A stretch of 64,000 nucleotides of DNA from Octopus sinensis (GCF_006345805.1 NC_043003.1:99262001-99326000), one strand, 5' to 3'; numbered from the stretch's first letter, positions 11,701 through 23,503 are shown. The notes: a model not told the origin generated them from the sequence alone. Numbers and translations: made by a program.

Positions 11701-12827
11701 TTGGGTCGGTAACTAAGTTCATGCTGTTTTTTAAAAAAATTTTTAATTCTTTAAAAGGTTTAATAAGAAATAACAACTAATTAATCAATAATGTATTCAC
11801 CCATGTTGTTTACAACTTCATCCCAAATTTCAACATGATTTTTAATACCTCGTTGGTGGAATTCACCCGATTTCGACTCGAAAAATTGATCCAACCAAGC
11901 TCTCAATTCTGTATTAGTACTGAATGAAACTCCATGCATAGTATCTGAAAGAGATCAAAAGAGTTGGAAATCCACTAGTGCCAAATCAGGAGAGTACGGT
12001 GGGTGTGGCAGCACTTCCCAGCCATGCATTTGAATGGCTTCTTTGGTCATATTGGCGATATGAGGTCGGGTGTTGTCATGCAGCAGAACTCCATGCTGTC
12101 GATTAGGTTTTTTTCTCTTGAATAGCTGAGTTGAGTTGTTCCATCTGTTGAACATAGAGTTCTGCATTGACCGCTTGGTTCTGTTCAAGCAATTTTAAAT
12201 GGATAATCCCTTCCCAGTCCTACCATACGCACAGCATCATTTTACATGGATGAAGATCTTGTTTCACGCTCGGTGCCGCTTGTTTACCAGGACTAAGCCA
12301 TTCCTTACGCTGCTTCATATTGATGTACAGGCATTATTTTTCGTCGCCAGTAACGATTCAGTAAAGAAATCGTTGCTTGTGTCCATGAGCGGTGACGAGC
12401 AAGCAAACCAGCTGAGATTTTTGTTCTTATCACTTAAAGCATGCGGAACCCATGCTCCATACTTCTGAACCTTTCCCATCGAGTGAAGATGCTTCTCTAT
12501 AGCAGTGTGAGAACATTCCATTTTCTCTGCCAAATCCCTTGTTGTGTGACGAGATTTTTCGTGCAAAAGCTGGTTTAATCGCTCTTCATCGAACTCGATT
12601 GGACGGCCAAAACGAGGTGCGTCTTTGAGGTCAAAATTTCCATTTTTGAGCTTGGCATACCAATCACAAGCGGTTCTTTCAGCTATGGCACCCTCTCCAT
12701 AACAACACAAATGTCACAAGCAGCTTTTGTGGCCTTAGAACCTTGATTAAAAGCAAAAAGGAGGTGTCGAAAATGCTCGTTTTTCTTAACTTGACATTCC
12801 ATTTTAATGATCTGAAAATAAGGCAAC
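11701..12827 (-). mobile_element. mariner transposon (decayed transposase); its 5' TIR probably lies at 15720-15755, beyond the nested CR1
   Basis: Minus-strand peptides HFRHLLFAF..YGEGAIAERT..W..K.KNGNFDLKDAPRFGRP, GAWVPHALS, LLHDNTRPH..WEVLPHPPYSPDLALVDFQLF; TIR TA|TTGGGTCGGTAACTA at 11701 versus TAGTTTACATAACCCAA|TA ending at 15755. Confidence 0.85.
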
Positions 12828-13235
12828 TGTAGATTTGGCCCCAGTGGCACCAACAAGGGACGCTGTGCTTTTTTCCATCCTACCTTATGTCGTAGACTTG
12901 TTAAGGGCACCTGTCCATATGGTATAATGGGAAAAAACTGCCCTCACCTCCACCCCAAATACTGTCCTAAATACAGAGTCCATGGTCCTGATCCCAAATA
13001 TGGATGCACAAAAGGCAATGGATGCACTTTCTTCCATCCTAAACTGTGCCAAACTTTTGTATCAGTAAGGATGTGCTTAAACCCAGAATGCAACCACCAC
13101 CATCTGAAGGGCACAAAACGATCGCAAAATAAATATAAACAGCAACAGAGGAGACCTACGACAACAACAAAAAATACAACCACATTTCACCTCCTACAAT
13201 CAAACAACGAAGACAGAACCATGAAAAAACCATAA
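12828..13235 (+). pseudogene. CR1-type LINE ORF1 fragment with tandem CCCH zinc fingers
   Basis: Frame from 12828: CRFGPSGTNKGRCAFFH-PTL-CRRLVKGTCPYGIMGKNCPHLH-PKY-CPKYRVHGPDPKYGCTKGNGCTFFH-PKL-CQTFVSVRMCLNPECNHHH; lies directly upstream of an APE domain. Confidence 0.75.
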
Positions 13236-13499
13236 CACCAAATAACATAAACATGAACTATGTATCCTCTGACCAAGTGGAAAACCAAAGAGGCAACTCT
13301 TTTTTACTGACTTACCTAGAAGATATGAAGGCCGACCTAAGCCAGGAGATCCAACGAGCTATCAGCAACCATTTATGCAAATCACAAGGACCACACACCC
13401 ACTACCAACTAGAAAATCATGTACACACAGCTCCATACAAAAACTACCCACATTGTTATCACTGAATAACATAAAACATAACTTAGAACAATGCAAACA

Positions 13500-15680
13500 T
13501 CAAACTACCCTTACCTCGACATTCCTGTTAAATGTACGTGGCATCAACCCATCAATCATTGTCCAAAAATGGAAGATCCCATATATAGAGAGTTGGCTTG
13601 CCGAAACGGCACATGGCTTCCCTTTCTTTATTCTTACTGAAACTCACCTAAACAACACACATATGGATGCCGAGATGAAAATAAAAGATTTCACCATCGC
13701 TCGTGCAGATCGCACAGACCGAAATAAAGGAGGGACAGCCATCTTTATCCAGGACTCCTTTTCAGTTGATGCCAAGGACATATTTTCCAATGGCTATTGT
13801 GAATCTATATCACTGTTCAATAAAGCCAAAGAATAATCATTGTTGGTCTTCACAGGCCTCCCCAAGCACCTCTAAAGTGCCTCAACAAAATCAAGTCCTT
13901 CCTTCAAAAATACAACTCCGGAAACATACTAGTGATGGTTGATTTTAACCTCCCTCATATAAACTGGCCCACAAATACTCTGAAGTTAGGCAAATGCTCT
14001 ACATCAGATAAAGCAGCAGCAGAATTACTCTTTAATCTAATGGATAAATTCTTCCTGACTGAGCTAGTGCTCGAACCAACAAGACAGAATAAAACGATCT
14101 TGGATCTAATATTAACCAACCACTCTAGCTCCGTTCACAGTATTTCAGTTAAAAAAACTCTCCTCTCAGACCACGACATGGTACTCTGCAATTTTAATTC
14201 CCGACATATAAAAACCAAACCAGCCAATCCCACTCCATGGCACTCATTTGACAACATAAACTTCCACAAAGCGGACTGGGGAGCAATCAGAAAGGGTCTG
14301 TCTTTCATCGACTGGTCTTTTATTCTCAATCCCACCCAAATTGAGACCGCATGGCAGCACTTTGAGAACATTGTCACCTATACATGCTCTCAACACGCTC
14401 CTACGAAATCTACTAACACAAACAGAAACCGGCTCCATAAAAAGAAAAAAAACACTCATCAAGCGCATCAAAAGACTCAATAAAAAAAATCAACCAGTTA
14501 AAATGTTCCCACATACAACATCCACATTCAACAACAATGAAAAGACTGGAGTTGGAAAAACTTCATCTTCAGACCGACATTGAAACCTCCATTGAAAATC
14601 AAAGAGCTGTGGAGGAACAGTGAGTAATCAAACAGAACCCAAAAGTGTTCTATTCTTATGCAAATAAGCATAGAACCACTGTCTCACCCATTGGGCCATT
14701 GATTGATGATAACGATGCTGCGATGCTAAAGAAATGGCAGAAATACTGCAGAAACAATACTGCTCTGTCTTTAGTGTTCCCACTGATATTGACGTAAGAG
14801 AAGCGAACGAAGTTGATGCCCAACATAAAATCTCAGACGTAACTTTCACTGCCTCTGACATCATAGCAGCAATAAATGAGGTCAAATACTATTCTGCTGT
14901 AGGCCCTAGTCTCCCGCTAGTCTCCTGAAGGAATGTAGACACCAACTTGCAGTCCCTCTGACCAACCTCTGGAGAAATTCGTTAGACTCAGGTTATATAT
15001 CAAAACAGCTTCTATCCCAGTCTGTCATCCCGGTTTTCAAACAGGGAAACAGATCCCTTGCAGTCAACTATCGCCCAATCTCACTCACCTCCCACATCAT
15101 TAAAGTGTTTGAAAGAGTGTTAAGATCAAGGATAGCTGACTTCCTGGAGACCCACAAACTCCTAAATGCAAATCAACACGGCTTTCGCTGTGGCAGGGAC
15201 TGTCTAACACAGCTCTTACACCACATTGAAGATATACTTAAAGCCTTGGGAACAGGTTCGAACTCTGATGTCATATATCTTGACTTCAGTAAAGCGTTCG
15301 ACAGGGTTGACCATAATATCCTACTCTCAAAATTGGCAAATGTTGGAATCCGTGGAAAAGTTCTACACTGGATTATGTATTTCCTGGCGAATAGAACACA
15401 TGTTGTATTCGATGGAGTCCACTCAAGCCCAGCAAAAGTCCCCAGCGGTGTCCCCCAGCCTCTAACAATATCAGAGACCTGGGCGTAATTGTTGATGACA
15501 ATCTCAGTTGGAGTGCCCACATCAACAATAAGGTCGATATAGCTCGTAGGATGAGTTCCTGGATCTTAAGAACCTTCCGGTCCAGAGAACAAGGTGCCAT
15601 CATTCCACTTTTCTCCTCCTTTGTACGGCCACACCTTGAATACTGCTGCTTTAGTCGAAACATATCTAAATTTATATATA
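13500..15680 (+). pseudogene. CR1-clade LINE ORF2 (APE endonuclease + RT), frameshifted and internally deleted
   Basis: APE motifs LNVRG, LTETHL, RADR..KGGTAIFI, DFNLPHINW, LDLILTN, SDHD; RT motifs NYRPISLTS, QHGFR, YLDFSKAFDRVDH, GVPQ; the FADD region is deleted relative to 32662-34855; ends GTCGAAACATATCTAA like the other copy. Confidence 0.9.
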
Positions 15681-16144
15681 TATATATATATATACAATAT
15701 ATATATATATATAATATATATACAATGGAATTTGAAGGTAGTTTACATAACCCAATATCAATTGATTTCATGTTGTGCATGAGAAAACATGTTTTGCAAT
15801 CTTCACTTGGAAATAGTATTTAACATCTATTTCTAAAATATTCATTACGCCAACTCGTGTGCGTTTCTAACTTTAATCGCCCCGCTCCGTTTAAAGAGAA
15901 AACTATCGTAAACACTAAAAAAGTAAATATATGAAGCAGACATGGGTGATTCTTTCTTGTCTTGGGATCCACGGTCAAATGGCTGGGTGGAATTGTGCGA
16001 AAAATTACACAGATGTGTAGAATCATCCGATGGTGTTGCTGGGCTTTTTATTTTCATAGCTCCCATGGCTACGAAGGTAATCTACTATAATAATACTCTT
16101 GTGTTTATGAATGGGAAAGGAAGGGGTGATAGATGAATAAGGAA

Positions 16145-17819
16145 GGAAAGGGTCTCACTAAACATGGAATAGACTATTTATCCAATTTTAAATATAGTCC
16201 TAGTCTATTCTACAGATTACCTAAAATACATAAAAATCTACATATTTGTAAAGCCTGCCAAGTTTCTCCAAGCCTATGCATTAAGTCCCCCCACCTACTG
16301 ACCTCAAACTGAAACCCATCCTTGCTGGCCTTTCTTGTGAAACCCACCGTCTGAGCAACTTCCTCGGCATCTTAAACCGTTTCTAAAATATGTGAAAAGC
16401 TTTATCAGGGATGACTTAGACATGCTGAACCACCTCCCAAAGACAGTAAAGGAAGGAACCCTGTTAGTATCATTCGATGTGGTGAATTTGTACACCAATA
16501 TCCCACACGACTATGGTATAGAAGCGACCACCTTCTGGCTAGAAAAATTCCCAGAAGAGATCCCAGGACGCATTAACCACAGATTCATAATCGGAGCACT
16601 CAAATTCATCCTGCTGAACAACAATTTCATGTTCGATACAGTTTACTATCGACAAAAATGTGGAATTGCAATGGGAAGCCAAGCTGCTCCAGTGATTGCG
16701 AACCTTGTAAGTTATATCAATCATCACTACAAAAATATGACGCTCATTTCATTGCTGTTTAAAGGAGAACTGGGAGAGGTATTTGGATGATTGCTTTATA
16801 CTTTGGAAAGACAGCATGGACAAACTCCTCCATTTCAAAATGATGCTTAACAATATTAATAGCAACATACAATTCACCATGGAACACAACAGTAAACAAC
16901 TCCCTTTTCTTGACATCCTAATTAAAACAGACACCTTTTATAATCCCACAGATTCTAAACAATAGCCATTATTTAACTCATGCCACCCCAAACACATAAA
17001 AATTAATATACCTTATAATCTAGCGAAAAGAATCTGTGCCATAGTTTCGGACACCTACACACGTGAGCAAAGTCTACTGGAACTCAGATCAATACTAATC
17101 AAAAGACATTACTCAATATCATTAATAAATGATGGCATTAAACGATCTAAGGAAATAGATATACGAACATTAAGGGAAGCCAACCAAAATACTAAACCAG
17201 ACTTAAAAATACTCCCGGACATCTCCACACATAACCCTAGAAACAACGAAGCCTTCAACATTATTACCCAAAATCTTCCCATCCTCACAGGAGATAAAAC
17301 AATGAACAAAATTTTAAGCTTATACAAAATTATCAAAAGCAAAATGCAACCTAAATCACTGAAAAAATATTAATCAGCGCAAGACTACATCCATTAACAG
17401 AAGAACCAAAAGTGAAAAAATGTGGTCGACCTAACTGTGGTACATGCCTCCACCTTTTGGAGGGTTCAGAATTCCTCTTTAAACAAGGTGAAATATTTAA
17501 GATCAAATCAAATTTCAACTGTGCCTCAGAAAATCTAATCTATGCCATCTCATGCTTAGGATGTGGTAACAATTATATTGGCCAAACAGGAATATCACTC
17601 CGTCGAAGAACCACTCTCCACAAAGAACAAATCCGCCACCCACAATACAGACATCTACAGATTAGTGAACACATAGAAAGGTGTTCTAGGAATCTTAATC
17701 CCAATTTCCTAATTTTCCCCTTCTATCAATGTTCCCAGAACACCTCAGTGCAACAAAGAATGAATAAAGAGGCAACTTTCATCAATAAATATCTTCCCCA
17801 ACTAAATATGAACACATAA
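16145..17819 (+). pseudogene. Penelope-like element, Neptune-type RT + C-terminal GIY-YIG endonuclease, 5'-truncated
   Basis: FYRLPKIHK, LVSFDVVNLYTNIPH, QKCGIAMGSQAAPVIANL, (Y)LDDCF, LPFLD; linker CGRPNCGTC; EN NLIYAISCLGCGNNYIGQTG..RR..LH. The Cys-rich linker and AMG..AP motif point to Neptune (my inference). Confidence 0.9.
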
Positions 17820-18032
17820 CATAATACAGAACACTACTAAGGTTTCAATTAATACCACTAACCCCCATACATCCCTTACACCATTCACATTACAGATCTA
17901 TATCCAACCTAATTACAACAAATCCAGAACTACTTACCTCCCTTACACATAATCTTTTTACTCATGGACTAATAGACCTAACACCGTTAATTAATCGGTG
18001 TGCATTCAAAGCAATGAATAGTTGTATTCAAA

Positions 18033-18064
18033 GCAATGATTAGTAATTTACGAAACCGGTATGC
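18033..18064 (+). ncRNA. Minimal type I hammerhead ribozyme with A3:U8 core variant
   Basis: Stem I GCA/TGC; core ATGATTA (18036-42); stem II GTA-att-TAC; GAA; stem III palindrome ACCGGT; GUA cleavage triplet ending at 18061; 214 nt after the Neptune stop codon. Confidence 0.7.
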
Positions 18065-18223
18065 TTTACAATCTCTTTAACAATTCATAATAATGACATT
18101 TATTACTTTTATTCGTATTTCAGTTCATCGAATTGTATATATCTTTCGTTACTTTTCATTAAAACCCTTTACCTTTTTGATTTCTAATGTGCATTTTTGC
18201 TCATCTTTCTTCTTACGTCCCTC

Positions 18224-18268
<45 letters not shown>

Positions 18269-18571
18269 TGTATTAATAATATTTACTGAATCTCAGTCTT
18301 TTTGCGCTAGGCCACTGATGTTTAAATTGATGTTATTAAATTAATATCCAATTTTTTCACCCTCATTTTGACTTGAATTATAAATTAATATGTTCTCAAA
18401 CCGGCGTAAACTACTGCAGAGAATACTTATGCAGTATTTATTTCTGGGAATTTTGGCGCGCTAGAACAAGGGCATTTGAATGTAACTGTGAATATAATCG
18501 GCCGAACTGCTCGTGTCTCTGACCTCGTGTTAATATATAGCGTGCAGTTCGACAAATTGTATTTTGACGTA

Positions 18572-18645
18572 CTCCACCGATGATCTGAGGATAGTTATGT
18601 AAGTTGAATTGCATAATCTATTAACAGTGAAACAATTGTATGGGG
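18572..18645 (+). ncRNA. Type I hammerhead fold with U4C core change
   Basis: Stem I CTCCA/TGGGG; core CCGATGA; extended stem II CTG/CAG, ATAG/CTAT, TTATGTAA/TTGCATAA; GAA; palindrome ACAATTGT; GUA ending at 18640. Confidence 0.65.
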
Positions 18646-18889
18646 TTAATCTATATTTTTGTTATTTTTCATTTGTCCTGCCCGCTTACGTTCTTAGTGT
18701 GCTAAATTTTTTTCTTGAGAACAATACTTAGTGGTTGAGTCTCTTTGCGGATCTATATCTAGCGTAAGAGCGTCCACATAGTGGATTCTCTCTAATATTT
18801 GTGTATTATATATATAATAAATTAATAAATAAATAAAACATATGCATATATACTTACATATATGTACGTACCTACCTCTACATGTATAT

Positions 18890-19166
18890 ATACATGCATA
18901 TATGGGTACAGGACACCAAAAAAAGTCGAACACAATGAGAAACGAAAACATAAACACAAAACCAAGGAAATGGACATTTTTCTTAAACAACGAAAAAATA
19001 GAGTACAGGACATACAAAACAAGGAAAATTCCCCTTCTTCAGTCGCCTTTTTTCATCTACTCCACGTTTCGAAGGTCAAGGCGATACATGACTTTAATGA
19101 AACAATCCTTCCCGCGAAAATCAATTAAATAAAATTTGAGATTTTTTGCGGAGGGGTAAAAAAGGT

Positions 19167-19170
<4 letters not shown>
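18890..19170. repeat. Unclassified dispersed repeat, homologous to 39290-39575
   Basis: Shared GGG.ACAGGACA.CA..AAA, AACAACGAAA.A, CCCGC.AA...AATTAAATAAAATTTG.GATTTT.GCGGA and GGTAACA in the same orientation. Confidence 0.7.
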
Positions 19171-19235
<65 letters not shown>

Positions 19236-19238
<3 letters not shown>

Positions 19239-20083
19239 GGTGCGGTTGGTAAATTGTCGCCATATCATAATTTTCATTCCGCTCATGTGTGTTTGTCTTT
19301 GATTTTGTCGACTACACAGTACATTATGGTCAGTTGGGTCACCGTCTGTGAGAAAAACCACCGTGACGCAATGCTGTACTGCTTGGCATTCAGACCGGAA
19401 GCTCCAATACCAACATTTCAGAGTGTTTGGGTGTCAATTTGAGAATGTGTACCGAGAGTGATAAAAATCATACAGCCGGTCACTATCATGGTGTTTGGAG
19501 TTACCACTAGTGATGGCGACGCTACACCTCCATTCATCTTCCCACACGGCTTTAGACTCAACACGGTGGCCTATGTTAAGTGCCTGGTGGAGGTAGTGCT
19601 GCCCTGGGACAAGAGGGTCGCTGCTGGAAGAGCCTATTTCTGGCAACAGGACTCTGCGCCATTCCACACAAGCAGAAGAACCTAGTCGTGTAGTCGTGGC
19701 TGTCAGATAATTTCTGCGACCACATCACCCCTAATATCTGGCCAACTAACTCCCCAGATTGCAACCCCCTTGATTATTATATGTGAGACTCAGTTGAGTG
19801 AGAGACCAACAAAACACCTCGTTACACCAAAGTTGAACTGAAATGAAGGATTATGGCAGCATTTACCAACTTAAACAAGGAGACCATCCAGAAGAGTTGC
19901 AGGAGATTCCGAAGTCGCCTGAAGGCCGTGGTTGAAGCCAGCGGCGATTTTATAGAATAAATTTACTCTTTTGTATTTCAAGATATTCTTGTGTAATTTT
20001 GGTAAATATATCTGTTAAAATGAGATGTCACTATTGTTTTCATTTTTGCGTAATTTAGACGACAGTTTATTCACCGCACCCTG
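19236..20083 (+). mobile_element. Internally deleted DD37D (maT-type) Tc1/mariner transposon
   Basis: TIRs CAGGGTGCGGTTGGTAAATTGTCG / GACGACAGTTTATTCACCGCACCCTG with TA flanks; IMVFG..SDG..PPFIF..WQQDSAP.H..SPDCNPLDYY gives 37 residues between the catalytic Ds after removing an 8-bp duplication at ~19683. Confidence 0.9.
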
Positions 20084-20502
20084 TATATATAATGTGTGCG
20101 TGTACGTATGTATATATATATATATAATATATATATATATATAATATATATATATATTATATATATATTGTAACGATTATTTGCCAACATTATGTGGCAG
20201 TGCTGGTTAGGATGAATGTTATTGTTATTTAGCCCCAGGAAAGTTTGTCTCCAGCTGGCTATATGACACTGTCTGTGTCCTTATATTTTCGAACAAGCGA
20301 ATTCAGCATCCCCACTTAGCACAAAACAATATCTGTGTATCGCTATTTCTGGGTTATTTCTCTTCATCAGTACAAAATAACTTCGGCTAGAGGTGGTGCT
20401 GCTAAATTCGTGTTCGAAATATATAGTTTTCAAAGTGACACGTTGTCACTGATCTAATAAAATAGAAAATTACTATTTGTAAATCAGTAACACCTTCAGT
20501 AA

Positions 20503-21941
20503 CAGATATGGCCAAAATTATGGGGCAGGTATGAAAAAATAGAGAATATGATTGAAACTCATTTATTTCATAATTGAAATAATAATAAAATTTTTTGATG
20601 CGTCCTTCTTTTGCTTTTATAACCGTTTTTATGCGTTTTTTGCATGCTTGAGACTAAGTTGGCACAAATAGTTGGATCAATTTGCTGCCACTTCATGAAT
20701 TTTGCCTGTTAATTCGCTTTTTGAAGAACATTTGTGCGCCCTCACTCTTGCGCCTAAGTGTGACCACAAATGTTCAATCGGGTTGAAGTCTGGAGAGTGA
20801 GGGGACTATTCCATCAACCTCATCCTCAAACAAACCCATTAAAACTCTGGATGTGTGGCATGGAGCATTGTCTTGTTGGAAGATCATTGAAAATTTTATC
20901 CAAGGAAGATTGATAAACTTGGTTTATCACACTGGTGTAAGTGTTGGACTTCATTCTGCCCTCACAAGTGAACAACATTTTTGGGCCTGAAGATGACATG
21001 CAACGCCAAACCATTACCCTACCACCTCCAAATCTGATTTTTTGGACAACTCATCTAGGATCATGAGCTTCCCCAACTCTTCGACCAACATAAACATCTG
21101 ATCTTTTTGGTATTCAGTAAAAATGTGAACAAGCATAATAAATTCAAGTATGCCTAATAAATTGGTGGAAACTAGTATGGAGAACCTACTTCAAATTTGC
21201 CTTCATCAGACCAAACAACTTTAGCCCAATCATCATCAGTCCAATCTTCATGCTCTTATGCCCAAAACAATCACTTCTTTTTCACCCCAGACAACTACGG
21301 TTTCTATCTAGTCTTACATCGTTTGATCCAGCTTCTAATAACCTTCTTACTGTGTGACTTGATATCTCCTTGTTTTATTGCTCTCCGAAACTCAGCAGCT
21401 ACATCAGAAGAGATTTTTTTCCTATCGGCCAGAGATGTCCTCTTCACAACCTGTCTCCCCTCGGGTTTGTACACATGTTGCGACCTTGAAAATCACGGTT
21501 TTTAAAAGAATTGATCTGATTGTACCTTTTGATGTTTGTTTGGACACAGTTTCTCGTGCATTTCAATTTTCTTGCAATACTGACTGGGGATAATCCTTCT
21601 CTGAATGATGCAATGATCTGAGTCCTTTGAGCTTCAGAAATCTGTTTCTTCGGAGACATTTTTAACAAAGATTAACCACTGGTAAGTTAACAATAAGATA
21701 TTCACTGAAAAAAAATAGGTAAAAATGTTAGCATTGATTGGCAGAAAATCACCAGCCACTTATGCAAAATATGCAAAAACGCATCAAAGCGGTTATAACA
21801 GCAAAAGGAAAACATGAAATACTAATTATTGGTGGGATATACTCAAGAATGTTTATTATATTGTTTTGAATTATTATGTGAATGAGTTTCATTCATATTC
21901 ACTACTTTTTCATGCCTGCCGCATAATTTTGGCCAAGGCTG
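20503..21941 (-). mobile_element. Tc1-family transposon with long TIRs, decayed transposase
   Basis: MSPKKQISEAQRTQII..SIARKLKC HTH, VWSDE, MVW.CMS, SPDFNPIEHLW; imperfect TIRs of ~150-175 bp (CAG....GGCCAAAATTATG.GGCAGG.ATGAAAAA). Confidence 0.85.
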
Positions 21942-21949
21942 TATACATA

Positions 21950-21987
<38 letters not shown>

Positions 21988-22199
21988 AAATAATGTGTAT
22001 ATTCAATGTGGAGTAAATAATTCAGGAGAAAATATTTGTGAAGATATTATTGACTGTTATTATCTAGTGTAACAATTAAAAATTATAATAACAGAATCAA
22101 TAATATAAGTGATTGCAGCCCCCTCAAGAGCATTAAACAACTGAAGGATTAAAATTAATCAAAGGACATACTAAATATGTCCTTTGATTAATATATAAT

Positions 22200-22271
<72 letters not shown>

Positions 22272-22289
22272 ACATATATATGTATATGC

Positions 22290-23060
22290 TAGTAATAAAA
22301 GCTAAAACGCACATGAATAAAATCATGTACCCAAACAGGGACCATAATTGTCTGAAAAATGTCGACGAGAAGTCTTAAGACTGACGTCAGTTTCAGCTGT
22401 TTCTGTTGCCATCATGAGTCAAGCCAGCTCAGTGTTCGGCTTTTTCCAGACATGTTTCTTTATTAGTATATATGTTTTTGTCTTCCAAAATAAATAGTTG
22501 ATTTAGTGATTCGTTAATATGTATGAACGAAATTAATATAAACAGGAGGAGAATTATAATTGTCACTAAATGTGACTTAGGTGTTAAAAAACGCCTACAT
22601 TGCTAGAAATAAGGGCTAAAATAATCTAATGTTGTAGTTAACGTATATGAATGAAAACATATACACTAACAGGGACCATAATTGTCCCTGCTATTTATAT
22701 TAATTTTGTGTATACACATTAGCGAATTGCTAAATCAACCGTAAATTTGGATGATGAAAACATATAACCTAATAGAGAAACAAGTCCGGAAAAAGCTGAA
22801 CGCCGAGCTGACTTAGCTGATGATAGCAACGGAAATTGCCAAAACTGATGTCAGTCTTAAGAATTCTCAGTCGGCATTTTTCGACAAATTATGGTCCCCG
22901 TTAGTGTATATGTTTTCATTCATGTGCGTTAACAACAGCATTAGAGCATTTTAGCTCTTATTTTGGCAATGTATTTGTTTTTTAACACCCTAGTCATATT
23001 TAGTGATAATTTTAATTCTTCTTTTTTTGTGAAACTTTGCAACCTGCTGTTTATACTAAT
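22290..23060. repeat. Interleaved inverted repeats of a PLE-type pLTR fragment carrying two hammerhead relics
   Basis: 22336-22460 is the reverse complement of 22755-22900, and 22555-22686 is the reverse complement of 22883-23010; HHR relics at 22379-22420 (-) and 22810-22856 (+). Confidence 0.7.
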
Positions 23061-23062
23061 TT

Positions 23063-23154
<92 letters not shown>

Positions 23155-23432
23155 TATATCACCTTGATCACCTTGACCGACCAGTCCGTCAAGCGTCCAT
23201 TTGACACCGCTGGTCACAGCACGCTGTCCACTCCTCTCTGGGTCGCGCCTTTCTCATCCACGTGATCCCAATCGTCCTCCTGAAATCGTAACTCCACCGT
23301 CATGGAGGTCTTCCGGGTGGTCTTTTCCGCTCACGCGGGTAACACTCGACAACTGCGTGCGTCCACCGATTATCAGTGAGCCGGGCGACGTGTCCAGCCC
23401 ATCTATACTTGCTGCGTGTATATATATTCATG
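23155..23432 (-). mobile_element. RTE-clade LINE 3' fragment
   Basis: SKYRWAGHVARLTDNRWTHAVVECYPRERKRPPGRPP*RW; short tandem tail (CAAGGTGAT)2; embedded in (AT)n. Confidence 0.85.
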
Positions 23433-23438
23433 AACTCC

Positions 23439-23503
<65 letters not shown>

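Noticed and set aside
19035-19100. Type II hammerhead (GAAACGT..CTGAAGA on minus)
   Set aside because: Stems I and III cannot be formed around a UH site.
21195-21240. TCATCAG motifs as ribozyme cores (also 33668, 34770, 55542)
   Set aside because: They fall within transposase or RT coding motifs (WSDE, FADD) and lack the flanking helices.
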